DNA of 64,000 nt from an uncultured delta proteobacterium. GTDB taxonomy: Bacteria > Myxococcota_A > Polyangia > Polyangiales > Polyangiaceae. The stretch covers positions 64,001 to 128,000 of the forward strand of contig CAVQUB010000004.1 of NCBI GenBank assembly GCA_963716725.1, in the 5' to 3' direction. Below the pieces are notes generated by a model, which searched no databases, was not told where the DNA came from, and saw only the letters and a program-made list of their open reading frames with translations. Positions 1 through 9,570 of this stretch are shown here, piece by piece (the first letter of the stretch is position 1; each line of letters begins with the position of its first letter). Made by a program: the position numbers and the translations under genes.

Positions 1-145
1 TGGCCACCCGCCGTCCGCTGGTATCGGTGGCCTCGTAGACCGAGGCCATGCCGCCGCTCCCGAGCCAGCGCGCGAGCTTCCAGTCCGCGCCGACGGTCTC
101 GCCGCTCCGATCTCCGGCGGTTTCGGTCGGGGGCGTCGGAGGCAT
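1..145 (-). CDS. Ser/Thr protein kinase, N-terminal fragment (runs off window)
   Basis: Manual translation from ATG at 145: MPPTPPTETAGDRSGETVGADWKLARWLGSGGMASVYEATDTSGRRVA; glycine-rich loop LGxGGMxxVY of Hanks kinases. Confidence 0.85.
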   Translation of the reverse strand, partial: MPPTPPTETAGDRSGETVGADWKLARWLGSGGMASVYEATDTSGRRVA

Positions 146-239
146 CGCGGCGCCGCTAGCCTAGCGCCGATCTGCCCGGCATTTCCCGCGCCAATCAGCG
201 GGGCAGCGCCCGGGCCGGAAATCACAGTAGGATTCGCCC

Positions 240-641
240 ATGACTCCCAGCGAGAAGAGCATCGTCAAGTCCCTGGTCGCGGTCGCGTGGGCCGACGGAA
301 AAGTGGAGCAACCCGAGTCACACGTGATCGAGGGGTTGCTCGCGGGCTTCGACGCCAGCGACGAAGAAGAGAAGGAGATCCTGGAATACGCCAAGGAGAA
401 GCGCACGCTCGACAAGGACGTGCCCTTCGCCAGCTTCGGCAGCGAAGAGCGCGAGTTGTTGCTCGCCAACGCAGCGCTCCTGACCCACGCGGACGGCGAG
501 CAGAGCGAGAGCGAGAAAGAGCTCTTGGACAAGCTGATCGATCTGCTGGGATTCAGCGAAGACGAAGCGAGCTCGATCTTGGACTCGGTCAAGGACGGGG
601 CGTTGCGCTTGGGGAGCGACATCCTCGAAGAAGTGAAGTGA
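240..641 (+). CDS. TerB-family (tellurite resistance-like) protein
   Basis: Two TerB-like half-repeats: VAWADGKVEQPE and LTHADGEQSESE. Confidence 0.75.
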   Translation: MTPSEKSIVKSLVAVAWADGKVEQPESHVIEGLLAGFDASDEEEKEILEYAKEKRTLDKDVPFASFGSEERELLLANAALLTHADGEQSESEKELLDKLIDLLGFSEDEASSILDSVKDGALRLGSDILEEVK

Positions 642-645
642 GCGG

Positions 646-1098
646 ATGCTCGACAAGAACGAACGCCAGTTCTTCGCGCAGGAACACGCGGCGAGCGTGA
701 TCCAGACCATCACCGGGACCTTGCATTCGATGGGCATCCCGCTGGCGCAGACCGGGCCCAATCAATGGTCCGGCCGCGGGCAGGTCGCCAGTCACGGCAT
801 CGCCCCGAAGGTGCTGGTGTCGATGATGCCGGTGCAAAATGGCTTCTTCTTGGATGTGCGGGCCGTCGCCGACATCGAGTCGAACTCGGTGATCCTCTTG
901 GTCGTGCTGTGGCTGGTGTTCTTCCCCATCGCCATCATCCTGGCGTACAACGCCTATCAGGACTGGGAGCGACGCCAGGTCCAGTTCTTCCAGGCGGTGT
1001 GGGCCCCGCTCGGCAACCGCATCGCGCAGCCGCCTGGCCCGCAGTTCGGGCCGCCCGGCTACGGCGGGCCACCTGGCTACGGCGCGGGCGGGCAGTGA
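646..1098 (+). CDS. Hypothetical membrane protein
   Basis: One hydrophobic segment VILLVVLWLVFFPIAIILAY and a Gly/Pro C-terminal tail; 4 bp after the upstream gene. Confidence 0.7.
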   Translation: MLDKNERQFFAQEHAASVIQTITGTLHSMGIPLAQTGPNQWSGRGQVASHGIAPKVLVSMMPVQNGFFLDVRAVADIESNSVILLVVLWLVFFPIAIILAYNAYQDWERRQVQFFQAVWAPLGNRIAQPPGPQFGPPGYGGPPGYGAGGQ

Positions 1099-1895
1099 TG
1101 AGCGTCTTCGCCCGAGATTTGCTGCGAGAACAGGTCGCGTTCATCACCGGAGGCGGCAGCGGCATCGGCGCCGGCATCGCGCTCAGATTTGCCGAGCAAG
1201 GCGCAAAGGTCGCACTGCTCGGCCGCAAGATCGAGAAGCTCGAGGCGACCGCGCGCCAGATCACCGAGCGCGGCGGCGAAGCCCTCGCTGTGGCCGCCGA
1301 CGTGCGTGACTACGCCGCGGTCGAAGCCGCGGTCGGCGAGGTCATTGGCAAGTTCGGGCGGCTCGACATCCTGATCAACTCGGCGGCCGGCAACTTCCTC
1401 TCGCCAGCAGCTACGCTCTCGGCCAACGGCTTCCGCACCGTCATCGACATCGACCTGGTCGGCAGCTTCAACGCGGCTCGAGCCTGCTTCGAGGCGCTCT
1501 CGGCCCGGGGCGGCAGCATCGTCAGCATCACGGCGACCCAGGCTTGGGTGCCGACGCCGCTGCAGTGCCACGCCGGCGCCGCCAAGGCCGGCATCGCGAA
1601 GCTGACGCAAGATCTGGCTCTGGAGTGGGGCTCGAGCAAGATCCGCGTGAACGCAGTGGCGCCGGGGCCCGTCGCCGACACCGAAGGCATGAAGCGCCTA
1701 GCGCCGGGCGAGAGCGAAGCGCGCGAGCGACTCGAGCGCAGCATGCCCATTGGCCGCTGGGGCAAGGTCGCAGAGATCGCCGACGCGGTGCTGTTCTTGG
1801 TCTCGCCCGCGGCGGGCTTCATCACGGGCACCACCCTGGTGGTGGACGGCGGCCAGTCGCTGGTGGGCGCGGGGAATCTGTTCTCGATGGGTTGA
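1098..1895 (+). CDS. SDR oxidoreductase, 2,4-dienoyl-CoA reductase-like
   Basis: TGGGSGIG, NSAAGNF and HAGAAKAG motifs; ATG at 1098 overlaps the upstream TGA. Confidence 0.9.
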   Translation: MSVFARDLLREQVAFITGGGSGIGAGIALRFAEQGAKVALLGRKIEKLEATARQITERGGEALAVAADVRDYAAVEAAVGEVIGKFGRLDILINSAAGNFLSPAATLSANGFRTVIDIDLVGSFNAARACFEALSARGGSIVSITATQAWVPTPLQCHAGAAKAGIAKLTQDLALEWGSSKIRVNAVAPGPVADTEGMKRLAPGESEARERLERSMPIGRWGKVAEIADAVLFLVSPAAGFITGTTLVVDGGQSLVGAGNLFSMG

Positions 1896-1901
1896 GAGCG
1901 T

Positions 1902-2495
1902 TCAGCCGTTGCTTGCGCTGCCGCGCGTGGACAGCGGCGCGGGTTCGATGCCCAGACCCGAGACGCCGCCGGAGACGATGAACGCCATCACGTCGCTGCT
2001 GCTGGCGGACAGCGCTTCGATCTGGTCCCGGGGAAAGAGCAGCAAGTTGCCAGCAAAGTTGTAGGATTGTGGGAAGTAGACCGCGACGTGCTCGCGCATC
2101 TCGAGCGGCGCGAGGGACTCCCGCGTCACGAAGCCCAGGGCCTTGACCTGACTGCCGGGCAGGAGGGCGACCGCCACCGGACGGTCGAACTTCTTCTTGT
2201 CGCCGACGAAGGCGCCGACCAAGTCGCGGATGGAGGTGTAGAGCAGCTTGACCAGCGGGACCTTCGCCAACCACTTCTCGGTCTCCCGGACCACGGCCTT
2301 GCCGATCACGTTGGAGGTGAGAAACCCGACCAGGGTGATCAGCACCAGGGTGAGCACGAAACCCACGCCCGGCACTCCCATCGGCAAGATGCGATCGATG
2401 GTGGTGAAGACGAGCCACGCGATGTAGAGAGTGATGCCGACTGGAGCGAGCACCAGGCACCCACGCCAGAAGTAGCCGAGCAGGGTCTTCGTCAT
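1902..2495 (-). CDS. DUF502 family membrane protein
   Basis: GxLVLAPVGITLY N-terminus, KVPLVKLLYTSIRD, and C-terminal FIVSGG. Confidence 0.85.
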   Translation of the reverse strand: MTKTLLGYFWRGCLVLAPVGITLYIAWLVFTTIDRILPMGVPGVGFVLTLVLITLVGFLTSNVIGKAVVRETEKWLAKVPLVKLLYTSIRDLVGAFVGDKKKFDRPVAVALLPGSQVKALGFVTRESLAPLEMREHVAVYFPQSYNFAGNLLLFPRDQIEALSASSSDVMAFIVSGGVSGLGIEPAPLSTRGSASNG

Positions 2496-2643
2496 GGCCG
2501 ACGGGATAGCGTATTTCCTCAGCAGCGTGGGATTCGGGAGCGCGGCGTGAGGGTCGCGCTGCGCCAAAGCGCAGGCGGCGAGCGCGTGATCAATCGTCGT
2601 TTCGCCCCCGCCACCCTGGCGAACCTGGGGTTTTTCATCGGGA

Positions 2644-3789
2644 TCACTGGCGGGGCAGATCCAGTCGGATGACCCGCCGGGCGTTCTCGCCGTAGATCTT
2701 GCGCAGCACTTCTTCCGGCAGATCGATGCCGCTGATCTTCCAGTTGCCCTGGATGGGCGTGGGGTGATCGAAGTCGCGGTCGTTGGTCTCGAAGTAGCGG
2801 CGGGTCGCCGAGAAGAAGCGCTCTTCTTCCTTGGCGCCGGCGGGCGTCTTGCCCTCCGAGCCCAAGAACAAGGGCTCGGGCTCGGCGCTCACGCCCAGAT
2901 CGCTGCCGTACAGGATGCGATCTTGGAACTCGACGAAGAAGGCCCGGATCTTCTCCGGCGGATGGCGGCCGATTTCGGGGATGCGCGCCGCGGTGTCGAT
3001 GTAGAGATTTGGGTACTTGCGCAGCCAACCGGCGACGCGGTCGGGATCTTCTGCGGCGTTGCCGAAGTGCACCGAGATGAACCGTGTCTTGGGATGGCGC
3101 GCGACGCGCCGCTCGAGCTGCGCGAGGATTTGATCGAAGCTCGGAACCTCTTGGCCGTACTGTGACCAGCCCGGGTGCGCCTCGAGCTCGTCCTTGCGCT
3201 CGTTCTTGTCGTCGGTGGGGAGCCAGAACGCTCGGGGGTCACCGCTGTGAATGGCCACCGGCATCTCGAGCTCGGCCGCGGCTTCGAATACCGGGTCGAG
3301 GCCCGGATCGTCCACGGCGAGCAGCGCGCCTTCGGGCCCCGGCAGACCCAGCCCGAGCAGCTTCGCTATCTTGAGCCCGCGAGCGCCCAGGGCGTGAGCG
3401 CGACGGAGCGATGCCGCCATCCGCGCGCCGTAGTCGGGGAAGCGAGCGGCGGCGTAGTCGAGCGACGTGAAGACCGTGACCCGACCCTTGCTGGAGCGCG
3501 CGGCAGCGAGCTGTTCCGGGAGGCCGCGCTGCGGGACGCCGCCGGAGAGGTTGACGGCGTGATCGAAGCGCCAGCGTTCCATCAAGCGGCCGAGGCGGTC
3601 GACTCCGTCGGGACCGAGGTGCACGTGCACGTCGATGATGAACGGCCGCTCTGCCCGGCTCGAGCTCGGCGCCGGCGGCAATGTTGCGGAGGGCGGCGAC
3701 CGAAACGCGAACCACGATCCCACGAGGAGCGTGAGCGCGAGCAGGGCCAGGACCCTCCAGGGCCGTTTCTTCTCCGTCACGGAGGCCAT
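2644..3789 (-). CDS. Amidohydrolase family protein (exported or membrane-anchored)
   Basis: IDVHVH metal motif, IHSGD, VHFG and RILYGSD; N-terminal hydrophobic segment. Confidence 0.85.
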   Translation of the reverse strand: MASVTEKKRPWRVLALLALTLLVGSWFAFRSPPSATLPPAPSSSRAERPFIIDVHVHLGPDGVDRLGRLMERWRFDHAVNLSGGVPQRGLPEQLAAARSSKGRVTVFTSLDYAAARFPDYGARMAASLRRAHALGARGLKIAKLLGLGLPGPEGALLAVDDPGLDPVFEAAAELEMPVAIHSGDPRAFWLPTDDKNERKDELEAHPGWSQYGQEVPSFDQILAQLERRVARHPKTRFISVHFGNAAEDPDRVAGWLRKYPNLYIDTAARIPEIGRHPPEKIRAFFVEFQDRILYGSDLGVSAEPEPLFLGSEGKTPAGAKEEERFFSATRRYFETNDRDFDHPTPIQGNWKISGIDLPEEVLRKIYGENARRVIRLDLPRQ

Positions 3790-3801
3790 GTTACGTCAGC
3801 G

Positions 3802-4659
3802 CTAACCGACGGCACCCAGCATGTTGGCCAAGTTCTGCAGGCGCTGAACCACGAAGCGTTCGTTGGGCCCGAGCCGGAGCGCCTCGACCAGCTCGATGTA
3901 GCGGCGCAAGAGCGAGAGATCCAAGCGCGGCGCGCGGCGCGAGACGGCGAAGAGATCGTCCACCGCCTCGAGGGGCAAGAGCCTGCCTTGGGCCGAGAAC
4001 AAGCGCAGGGGATACTCGATCCACTGGCTCTTGCCGGTCGCTCGCGCGAGCTTGAGCGCGGCCGTGGCGGCCGCCTCGGCGACCCCCGGCTGGACCTCGC
4101 GCCCATGCTGCGCCTCTTCGAGCACGTCGGAGAGCAGCGTGCCGATCAAGCGCTCGGCCTCGTCGGGTTTGCCCAGGGCGATGGCCTTGTCGATCACGCC
4201 GATCATGAGCCCGAAGGCTTGGGTCCGGCGGGTGGTGACGTCCGCGGGATGGTCGTCTTCGGCGTCCCGAGTCGGGACGCGTTGGGTCGGGCGCGCAGCG
4301 TCGCTGCCCTCCGCCCACTTCAGCGCGAACACCTCGTCGGAGAGGGAGATGCGCGTGCCGGGCGCCACGAGCAGCTTGCCGTGAACGACGGCGCCGTCGA
4401 CTCGCACGCCGTTCACGCTGCCCAGGTCCTCGACGAAGACCGAAGCGCCGGTCACCGTGAGCTTGGCGTGTCGACGGGAGACGCGTTCGTTGTCGATCAC
4501 GATGTCGGCGTCTTCGCCGCGTCCGATCACGTGCTGTCCCATCGCGAGGGCGATGCGCGTTGCGCCGTGCTCGAGCACGAAGCTGGCCTTTGGTCGGCTG
4601 CCGCTCTCGCGCTTGCCCGGAGCAAACGCTGGCTGCGTGCGTGCTTGTTCCCTCGCCAC
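3802..4659 (-). CDS. FHA-domain protein
   Basis: IGR...VSRRHA...DLGSVNG FHA signature; GTG at 4659 preceded by GAGGGGGG; the 405-aa ORF in the track is an artefactual read-through from the upstream SCP2 gene. Confidence 0.85.
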   Translation of the reverse strand: MAREQARTQPAFAPGKRESGSRPKASFVLEHGATRIALAMGQHVIGRGEDADIVIDNERVSRRHAKLTVTGASVFVEDLGSVNGVRVDGAVVHGKLLVAPGTRISLSDEVFALKWAEGSDAARPTQRVPTRDAEDDHPADVTTRRTQAFGLMIGVIDKAIALGKPDEAERLIGTLLSDVLEEAQHGREVQPGVAEAAATAALKLARATGKSQWIEYPLRLFSAQGRLLPLEAVDDLFAVSRRAPRLDLSLLRRYIELVEALRLGPNERFVVQRLQNLANMLGAVG

Positions 4660-4772
4660 TTTCCCCCCCTCGCGTCCCGCAAGCCTAGAGCAACCAGGCC
4701 TGACCGCAAGTCGCAGAAACGCCCCGGCTGCGACCGCAATGGACGCAGGCGGGGCGCCTCGGCTGGAAGGGA

Positions 4773-5101
4773 CTATTTCGAGGACTTCGGTCAGCTTCTG
4801 GAGCTTCATGGCCAGGCCCATGTCGCCCTCGATCTTCAGCTTACCCGAGAAGAAGAGCTGCTGGCCGTTGGCCCGGCCCTCGAGCATGTCGACGTAGTCG
4901 CTGGCCGCCATCTTGATGGTGCAGGCCGCGTCGCCCTCGCCCTCGGTCACGCCCGGGTTGTCCTTGAGGTTCATGACCCAGGTTCCGCCGCCATCACCGG
5001 CCAGGATGAACTTGTACACGGCGCCGATGGCGGCAGCCTTCTCCTTGTGCTCGGTGATCTCTGGAAGCGGCCTCGGTCATTTTTTCTTGGGCAGTTGCCA
5101 T
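4773..5101 (-). CDS. SCP2 sterol/lipid-binding domain protein (two +1 indels)
   Basis: GQQLFFSGKLKIEGDMGLAMKL SCP2 motif; removing one base near 5060 and one near 4780 gives a 108-aa ORF from ATG 5101 to TAG 4773. Confidence 0.8.
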
Positions 5102-5177
5102 GCTCGTTCTCCTGTTGGGTGTACTTCTCGTGTCGGAGCCGCGTGGCTCCAGGTGCCGGGCGAGCCGGCATGGATTT

Positions 5178-5930
5178 TCAGGGCGGATCCGGCGGGCGGC
5201 TCTTCTTGCCCACCGACTCGACGAAGCGTTCGTGGCGGCTGGTCCAGATCCAGAGCAAGAGCGAGCGAGCGCGATCGGCGTCACCCGCGCGCACGGCCTC
5301 CACCACGTGCTCGTAGCCCTCGGTGATCGAGCCCGCCGAGACCCAGAGCGTCTCGAGGTAGGGGGTGTACTTCTTGAGCAGGCCGCGCACGCTGTTGAGC
5401 AGCAGGCGCGGCACGACGTTCTGGGCGGCGCCCGCCAGGGCCCAGTTGAAGTCGAAGTCGAGCCAGAGCAGTCGCGACAGGTTCTTCTCGCTGCGCATCT
5501 CGGCCAGGATGTGATCGAGCGCGCGCAGGTCGTCATCCGTCCGGCGCTTGGCGGCGAGCTCGGCAAAGTCGGCGCTGAGGATCCGGGCGACCTCCAGCAG
5601 GTTCTTGAGCACCTCGGTGTTCACGACGCCCTGGGGCGTGACCACCAGGTACTCGATCACGTCGACGCTGGCGTGCTCGGAGTAGTCGAGCACCTCGGTG
5701 CCCACCCCAGCGCGCCGCTCGATCAGCCGCAGCTGCTGGAGCTGGTTCATCGCTTCGCGGACGGTGAAGCGGTTGACGGCCAGGTCTTCGGCGAGGCTCA
5801 GCTCAGGAGGCAGCATGTCTCCCGGCGCGTAGACACCCGACAGGATGCGGCGCTTGAGCAGCTCGGCGACCTGAGTACCGAGCTTCGGTCCCAGCGGGTC
5901 GAGCCGCTTCTTGCGCGCCGTCTCAGCCAA
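5178..5930 (-). CDS. GntR/FadR-family transcriptional regulator
   Basis: wHTH GDMLPPELSLAEDLAVNRFTVREA...RAGVGT followed by an FCD-like domain. Confidence 0.9.
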   Translation of the reverse strand: MAETARKKRLDPLGPKLGTQVAELLKRRILSGVYAPGDMLPPELSLAEDLAVNRFTVREAMNQLQQLRLIERRAGVGTEVLDYSEHASVDVIEYLVVTPQGVVNTEVLKNLLEVARILSADFAELAAKRRTDDDLRALDHILAEMRSEKNLSRLLWLDFDFNWALAGAAQNVVPRLLLNSVRGLLKKYTPYLETLWVSAGSITEGYEHVVEAVRAGDADRARSLLLWIWTSRHERFVESVGKKSRPPDPP

Positions 5931-5952
5931 CGCCAGGGGTCATAACGTGCGT

Positions 5953-5986
5953 AATGTTCAACATTCAACCCGAAATGTTGGACAAA
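5953..5986. promoter_or_regulatory. Putative FadR/GntR operator pair
   Basis: Perfect palindrome AATGTT-C-AACATT (5953-5965) and an imperfect copy AATGTTGGACAAA (5974-5986) 21 bp away, just upstream of the regulator in an AT-rich patch. Confidence 0.55.
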
Positions 5987-6009
5987 TAAGCAAGCCTCCG
6001 AGATCAAAC

Positions 6010-6039
6010 AAAAAAAAGCGAGGCCCCGGGGGGCCCCGC
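6010..6039 (-). terminator. Rho-independent terminator
   Basis: Minus-strand GC hairpin GCGGGGCCC-loop-GGGCCTCGC followed by a run of 8 T, about 20 bp after the stop of 6061-6348. Confidence 0.75.
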
Positions 6040-6060
6040 CCTCCACTGGACACGCCGCCT

Positions 6061-6348
6061 TCAGGGAGCCGTGCCAGCGTCCGCCGGTGCAGCCGCCTTG
6101 GGCTGGCTCAGCACCTTGCCGGGCACCGTGGCCGTCGGGGCCGCGGTCGCCGTCGCGGTCGCCGTCGCCGTCGCGGTCGCCGTCGCCGCCGGATCGGTGG
6201 TGGTGGTCGCCGTGGGGGCGGCCACGGGCGTGGCCTCGCCCGTCGCTGCCGGCGTGGAGTCCGCCGGGCGGTTTTGGACCACGCAGCCAGCGAAGATGAC
6301 AGCCAGGGTACCGAAGATCACAACACCAGAAAAAGCCTTGGAATTCAT
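6061..6348 (-). CDS. Small Thr/Ala-rich lipoprotein
   Basis: Lipobox IFAGC, (AT)n low-complexity body, terminator downstream. Confidence 0.7.
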   Translation of the reverse strand: MNSKAFSGVVIFGTLAVIFAGCVVQNRPADSTPAATGEATPVAAPTATTTTDPAATATATATATATATAAPTATVPGKVLSQPKAAAPADAGTAP

Positions 6349-6428
6349 GAAGAACCTACCTTGTTGAGCGCGCTGAGGTTACACGGATCCCCGCGGCGTC
6401 GCGAGGTTCGACGAACTTCGGCGCGATT

Positions 6429-8630
6429 CTACTCACCCCGGCCCAGCTCCGAGAGCACGAATGCGAAGAGATCGGCGTATTCGTCGGCGATTTTGCTGAT
6501 GGGCTTGCCGGCGCCGTGGCCCGCTCGGAGCTCCGAGCGCAGCAAGATGGGGCGACCCGAGGCCTGGGCGTGCTGCAACGCGGCAGCCATCTTCCGCGCG
6601 TGCATCGGATCGACCCGGGTGTCGCTCTCGGCCGTCATGAGCAGGACGGCCGGGTACGCCGTGCCGGCGCGGACGTGGTGGTAGGGCGAGTAGGCGTAGA
6701 GCCACTCGAACTGCTTGGGGTCTTCGGCCGAGCCGTACTCCGGGATCCAGAGCTTTGCGATCTGAAACTGATGGTAGCGCAGCATGTCGGTGAGCGGCAC
6801 CCCGCTGACGGCCGCCGCGAAGAGCTCAGGGCGCTGCACCAGCGTCGCCGCCACCAGCAGACCGCCGTTGGACCGGCCGTGGATGGCGAGTCGCGCGGGG
6901 CGCGTGACCTTGCTGCGGGTCAGGTCTTCGGCCACCGCGATGAAGTCGTCGAACACGTTCTGCTTCTTCTCGAGCTGGCCGGCACGATGCCAGTCCTCGC
7001 CGAACTCGCCGCCGCCGCGCAGGTTGGCCTGCACCGAGATGCCGCCGCGTTCGATGAAAGCGTAGGTCGATCTCGAAAACCGCGGCAGCAGGCTGACGTT
7101 GAAACCACCGTAGCCGTAGAGCAAGGTCGGATTGTCCTTGCTGGTCAGCGACACGTCCTTCTTGTGCACCATCAGGTAGGGCACGAGCGTGCCGTCCTTG
7201 CTCTTGGCCTTGCGAGCGGTGACGGTGAACTGATCGGTGGCGATGTTCGCCTTCACCTCCTTCCAGACGCTGACTTTGCCCGAGCGCAGGTCGAGGCGCC
7301 GGATGCTGGGCGGGGTGACGAAGGACTCGAAATCGAAAAACGCCTGGCTGTCGTCGTGCAGGCCAGCGAAGCCATTGCTGTTGCCGAGGGTGGGCAGCTC
7401 GACCGAGCCCTTGCTGGTGCCGGCTTGGTCGAAGCGCTCGAGCCGACTCACGACCTCGTGGGTGTACGCGACCAGCACCTCGCCGCCGATCACGTTGAAG
7501 TCCATGAGCACGTCCTCGGGGTGCTCGGCGACCACGCGCTTCCACTTCGCCCGCTCGGGCTGGTTGGGATCGACGGCGTAGACGGCGTAGCGCGGCGCGC
7601 CTTCGTTGGTGCGAACCCAGAGCAGGTCGTCCAGCGGGAGCGGGTCGTAGACGTTGTCCTTGCCTTCGGTGATCTCTTTCCAGACCAGCTTCTTCTGCCG
7701 GGTGTCGGCCATCAGCAGCGAACTCTTGCTCCAGCCCTGGTGGACCCGCATCACCAGCCAGCGCCCATTGGGCGAGATGGCGCAGCTCGGAAAATCCGTG
7801 AACACCTTGGCCTTGAACACCTGAGGGTCGGCGTCCGGGGAGCGCCCGATCTCGTGCTCGAAGATGCTGCGGTGGTACTGCTCTTCGCCCGCCGGCACGC
7901 TGCCCTTGGCCGGGAAGCGCGAGTAGTAGAAGCGCTTGCCCCCGGGCAGCCAACACACCGACGAGTAGCGGGCGCGCGTGATCTGGTCGGCCAGGTCCTG
8001 GCCGGTAGTCACGTCGCGGATCCGGAGCGTGCTCTCTTCGCTGCCGCCCTCGCTCACTCCGTAGGCGAGGAGCGCGCCGTCGTTCGATGGCTGGTACCAG
8101 TCGAGCGAGGTGGTGCCGTCGTTGCTCATCGCGTTGGGATCGACCAAGGCACGGTCGCTGCCGTCGAGGCCGTCACGCACCTGGAGCACGGGTTGGTTCT
8201 GGTGTCCGTCGCGGCGCGTATGAAAGTAGCGCAGGACGCCCTTGCCGGTGCGACGCACCGCGGGCAGCGACTCCTCGCCGATGCCCAGCAGTTCCTCGAG
8301 GCGAGCGCGGAGCGCCGGCCGCGCGGGGACCCGACCGAGGTAGGCCGCGAGCTCGCGGTTCTGCGCGTCGACCCAGGCCGAAACCTCGGGGTCGTCCGAG
8401 CGCTCGAGCCAGCGGTAGGGATCAGCGATCTTGCGACCGTGCACGGTCTCTTCGAGGTCCTGTCGACGCGTCATGGGTTTGGGTCTCTGTGAGCTGCTCT
8501 CGACGATGATCGAGCCGAGTCCAGCGCCGCCCTCGGGGTGCGCCGGCGGCTCCGCGCTCAGCGGCGGCGGAGTGCAACCGACCGAGAGGACCAGGCCGGT
8601 GACGGCGAAGCGCACGAACTGCCGGAGCAT
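6429..8630 (-). CDS. Prolyl oligopeptidase (S9A), probable lipoprotein
   Basis: DPYRWLE, YGYGGF, GRSNGG nucleophile, DTRV and GHG triad motifs; lipobox LSVGC. Confidence 0.95.
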   Translation of the reverse strand: MLRQFVRFAVTGLVLSVGCTPPPLSAEPPAHPEGGAGLGSIIVESSSQRPKPMTRRQDLEETVHGRKIADPYRWLERSDDPEVSAWVDAQNRELAAYLGRVPARPALRARLEELLGIGEESLPAVRRTGKGVLRYFHTRRDGHQNQPVLQVRDGLDGSDRALVDPNAMSNDGTTSLDWYQPSNDGALLAYGVSEGGSEESTLRIRDVTTGQDLADQITRARYSSVCWLPGGKRFYYSRFPAKGSVPAGEEQYHRSIFEHEIGRSPDADPQVFKAKVFTDFPSCAISPNGRWLVMRVHQGWSKSSLLMADTRQKKLVWKEITEGKDNVYDPLPLDDLLWVRTNEGAPRYAVYAVDPNQPERAKWKRVVAEHPEDVLMDFNVIGGEVLVAYTHEVVSRLERFDQAGTSKGSVELPTLGNSNGFAGLHDDSQAFFDFESFVTPPSIRRLDLRSGKVSVWKEVKANIATDQFTVTARKAKSKDGTLVPYLMVHKKDVSLTSKDNPTLLYGYGGFNVSLLPRFSRSTYAFIERGGISVQANLRGGGEFGEDWHRAGQLEKKQNVFDDFIAVAEDLTRSKVTRPARLAIHGRSNGGLLVAATLVQRPELFAAAVSGVPLTDMLRYHQFQIAKLWIPEYGSAEDPKQFEWLYAYSPYHHVRAGTAYPAVLLMTAESDTRVDPMHARKMAAALQHAQASGRPILLRSELRAGHGAGKPISKIADEYADLFAFVLSELGRGE

Positions 8631-8855
8631 CGGGGTCGAGTGTAGGTCGACGTCGGAGCGCCGCCGACAATAATTGAGCGCACCGGGAGTGGTTCTGCTC
8701 GCAACGGCCCCACCGAGCCGGCGCGGACCGGCGGGCAGGCGCGGCTCAGGACGACTCGGAGGGGCGCGCGGGCTGCCGTGAGTAGGTCGGCTCCGCTCCA
8801 GGGCCCTCGCGCGATGGCGCCTGCGTCGCTGTCGTCGACGACGCGCAAGACCAAT

Positions 8856-9383
8856 TTAGTCGAAGAGTCTCGCGAGCTGAAGTTCGAAACCACCGAGGAG
8901 CGGTGTGGTCAGCTGGCCTCGGACTTCCTCCCGCAACCGCAGCTCGGGACCGTGCCAGCGCTCGACGTAGCCCTCGGGCTCGACCACCCAGTACTCCGCC
9001 ACTCCAGCGTCAGCGTAGATGTAGCGCTTGGTCACCCGATCGTAGGCGCGGTTCGTGGAAATCACCTCCACGCAGAGGCTTGGCACCGCGTTGATGGGGC
9101 CTTCGTGGCTTCGGGGAATTGCTTCGAGGACAACGAAAGCGTCTGGCTGGAGGATGCGCCCCTCGCCAAACCGAACATCTAGCGGGCTTTGGCCGATGGT
9201 CACAGTGCGACCCTCGGCCCAAATGCTCAACGCGGTTAGCACTCGTCGCAGCGTTTCCTGATGCCAGAAACTAGGACTAGGACTCACGACGACCTCTCCA
9301 TCCAGCAGCTCGACCTTGTCCCGGCTTTCGGGCAGCGCCAAGAACTGGGCCTCACTCACCAGCGCTCGTGCCGAGGTTGACAT
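8856..9383 (-). CDS. Uma2 (DUF820) family endonuclease
   Basis: ELLDG...P...H, QPD, VEVIS, D...K...Y and GVAEYWVV motifs. Confidence 0.9.
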   Translation of the reverse strand: MSTSARALVSEAQFLALPESRDKVELLDGEVVVSPSPSFWHQETLRRVLTALSIWAEGRTVTIGQSPLDVRFGEGRILQPDAFVVLEAIPRSHEGPINAVPSLCVEVISTNRAYDRVTKRYIYADAGVAEYWVVEPEGYVERWHGPELRLREEVRGQLTTPLLGGFELQLARLFD

Positions 9384-9570
9384 GCGGGCAGTTTGCCACA
9401 GCGCTGCGCAAAGGACGAGCCGAGTGCGAACGCGCGGCGGTGCGCAGGGTCGGTCCGGCGGCGTTGTCGCGGAGGAGCTCCGGCGTTGATTGCGGTCGGA
9501 ACTCCCATCGCGACCCGAACACCGCTCACGATTTGGACGCGCCGCGTGCGGTGGGGCAGATTAGCGCCGC

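Noticed and set aside
3802..5019. Apparent SCP2-FHA fusion protein of 405 aa
   Set aside because: One extra base hides the SCP2 stop (CTG AAA TAG), and the FHA gene has its own RBS and GTG start
8631..8855. Possible ncRNA between the peptidase and Uma2 genes
   Set aside because: No tRNA, riboswitch or convincing extended stem could be recognised by eye
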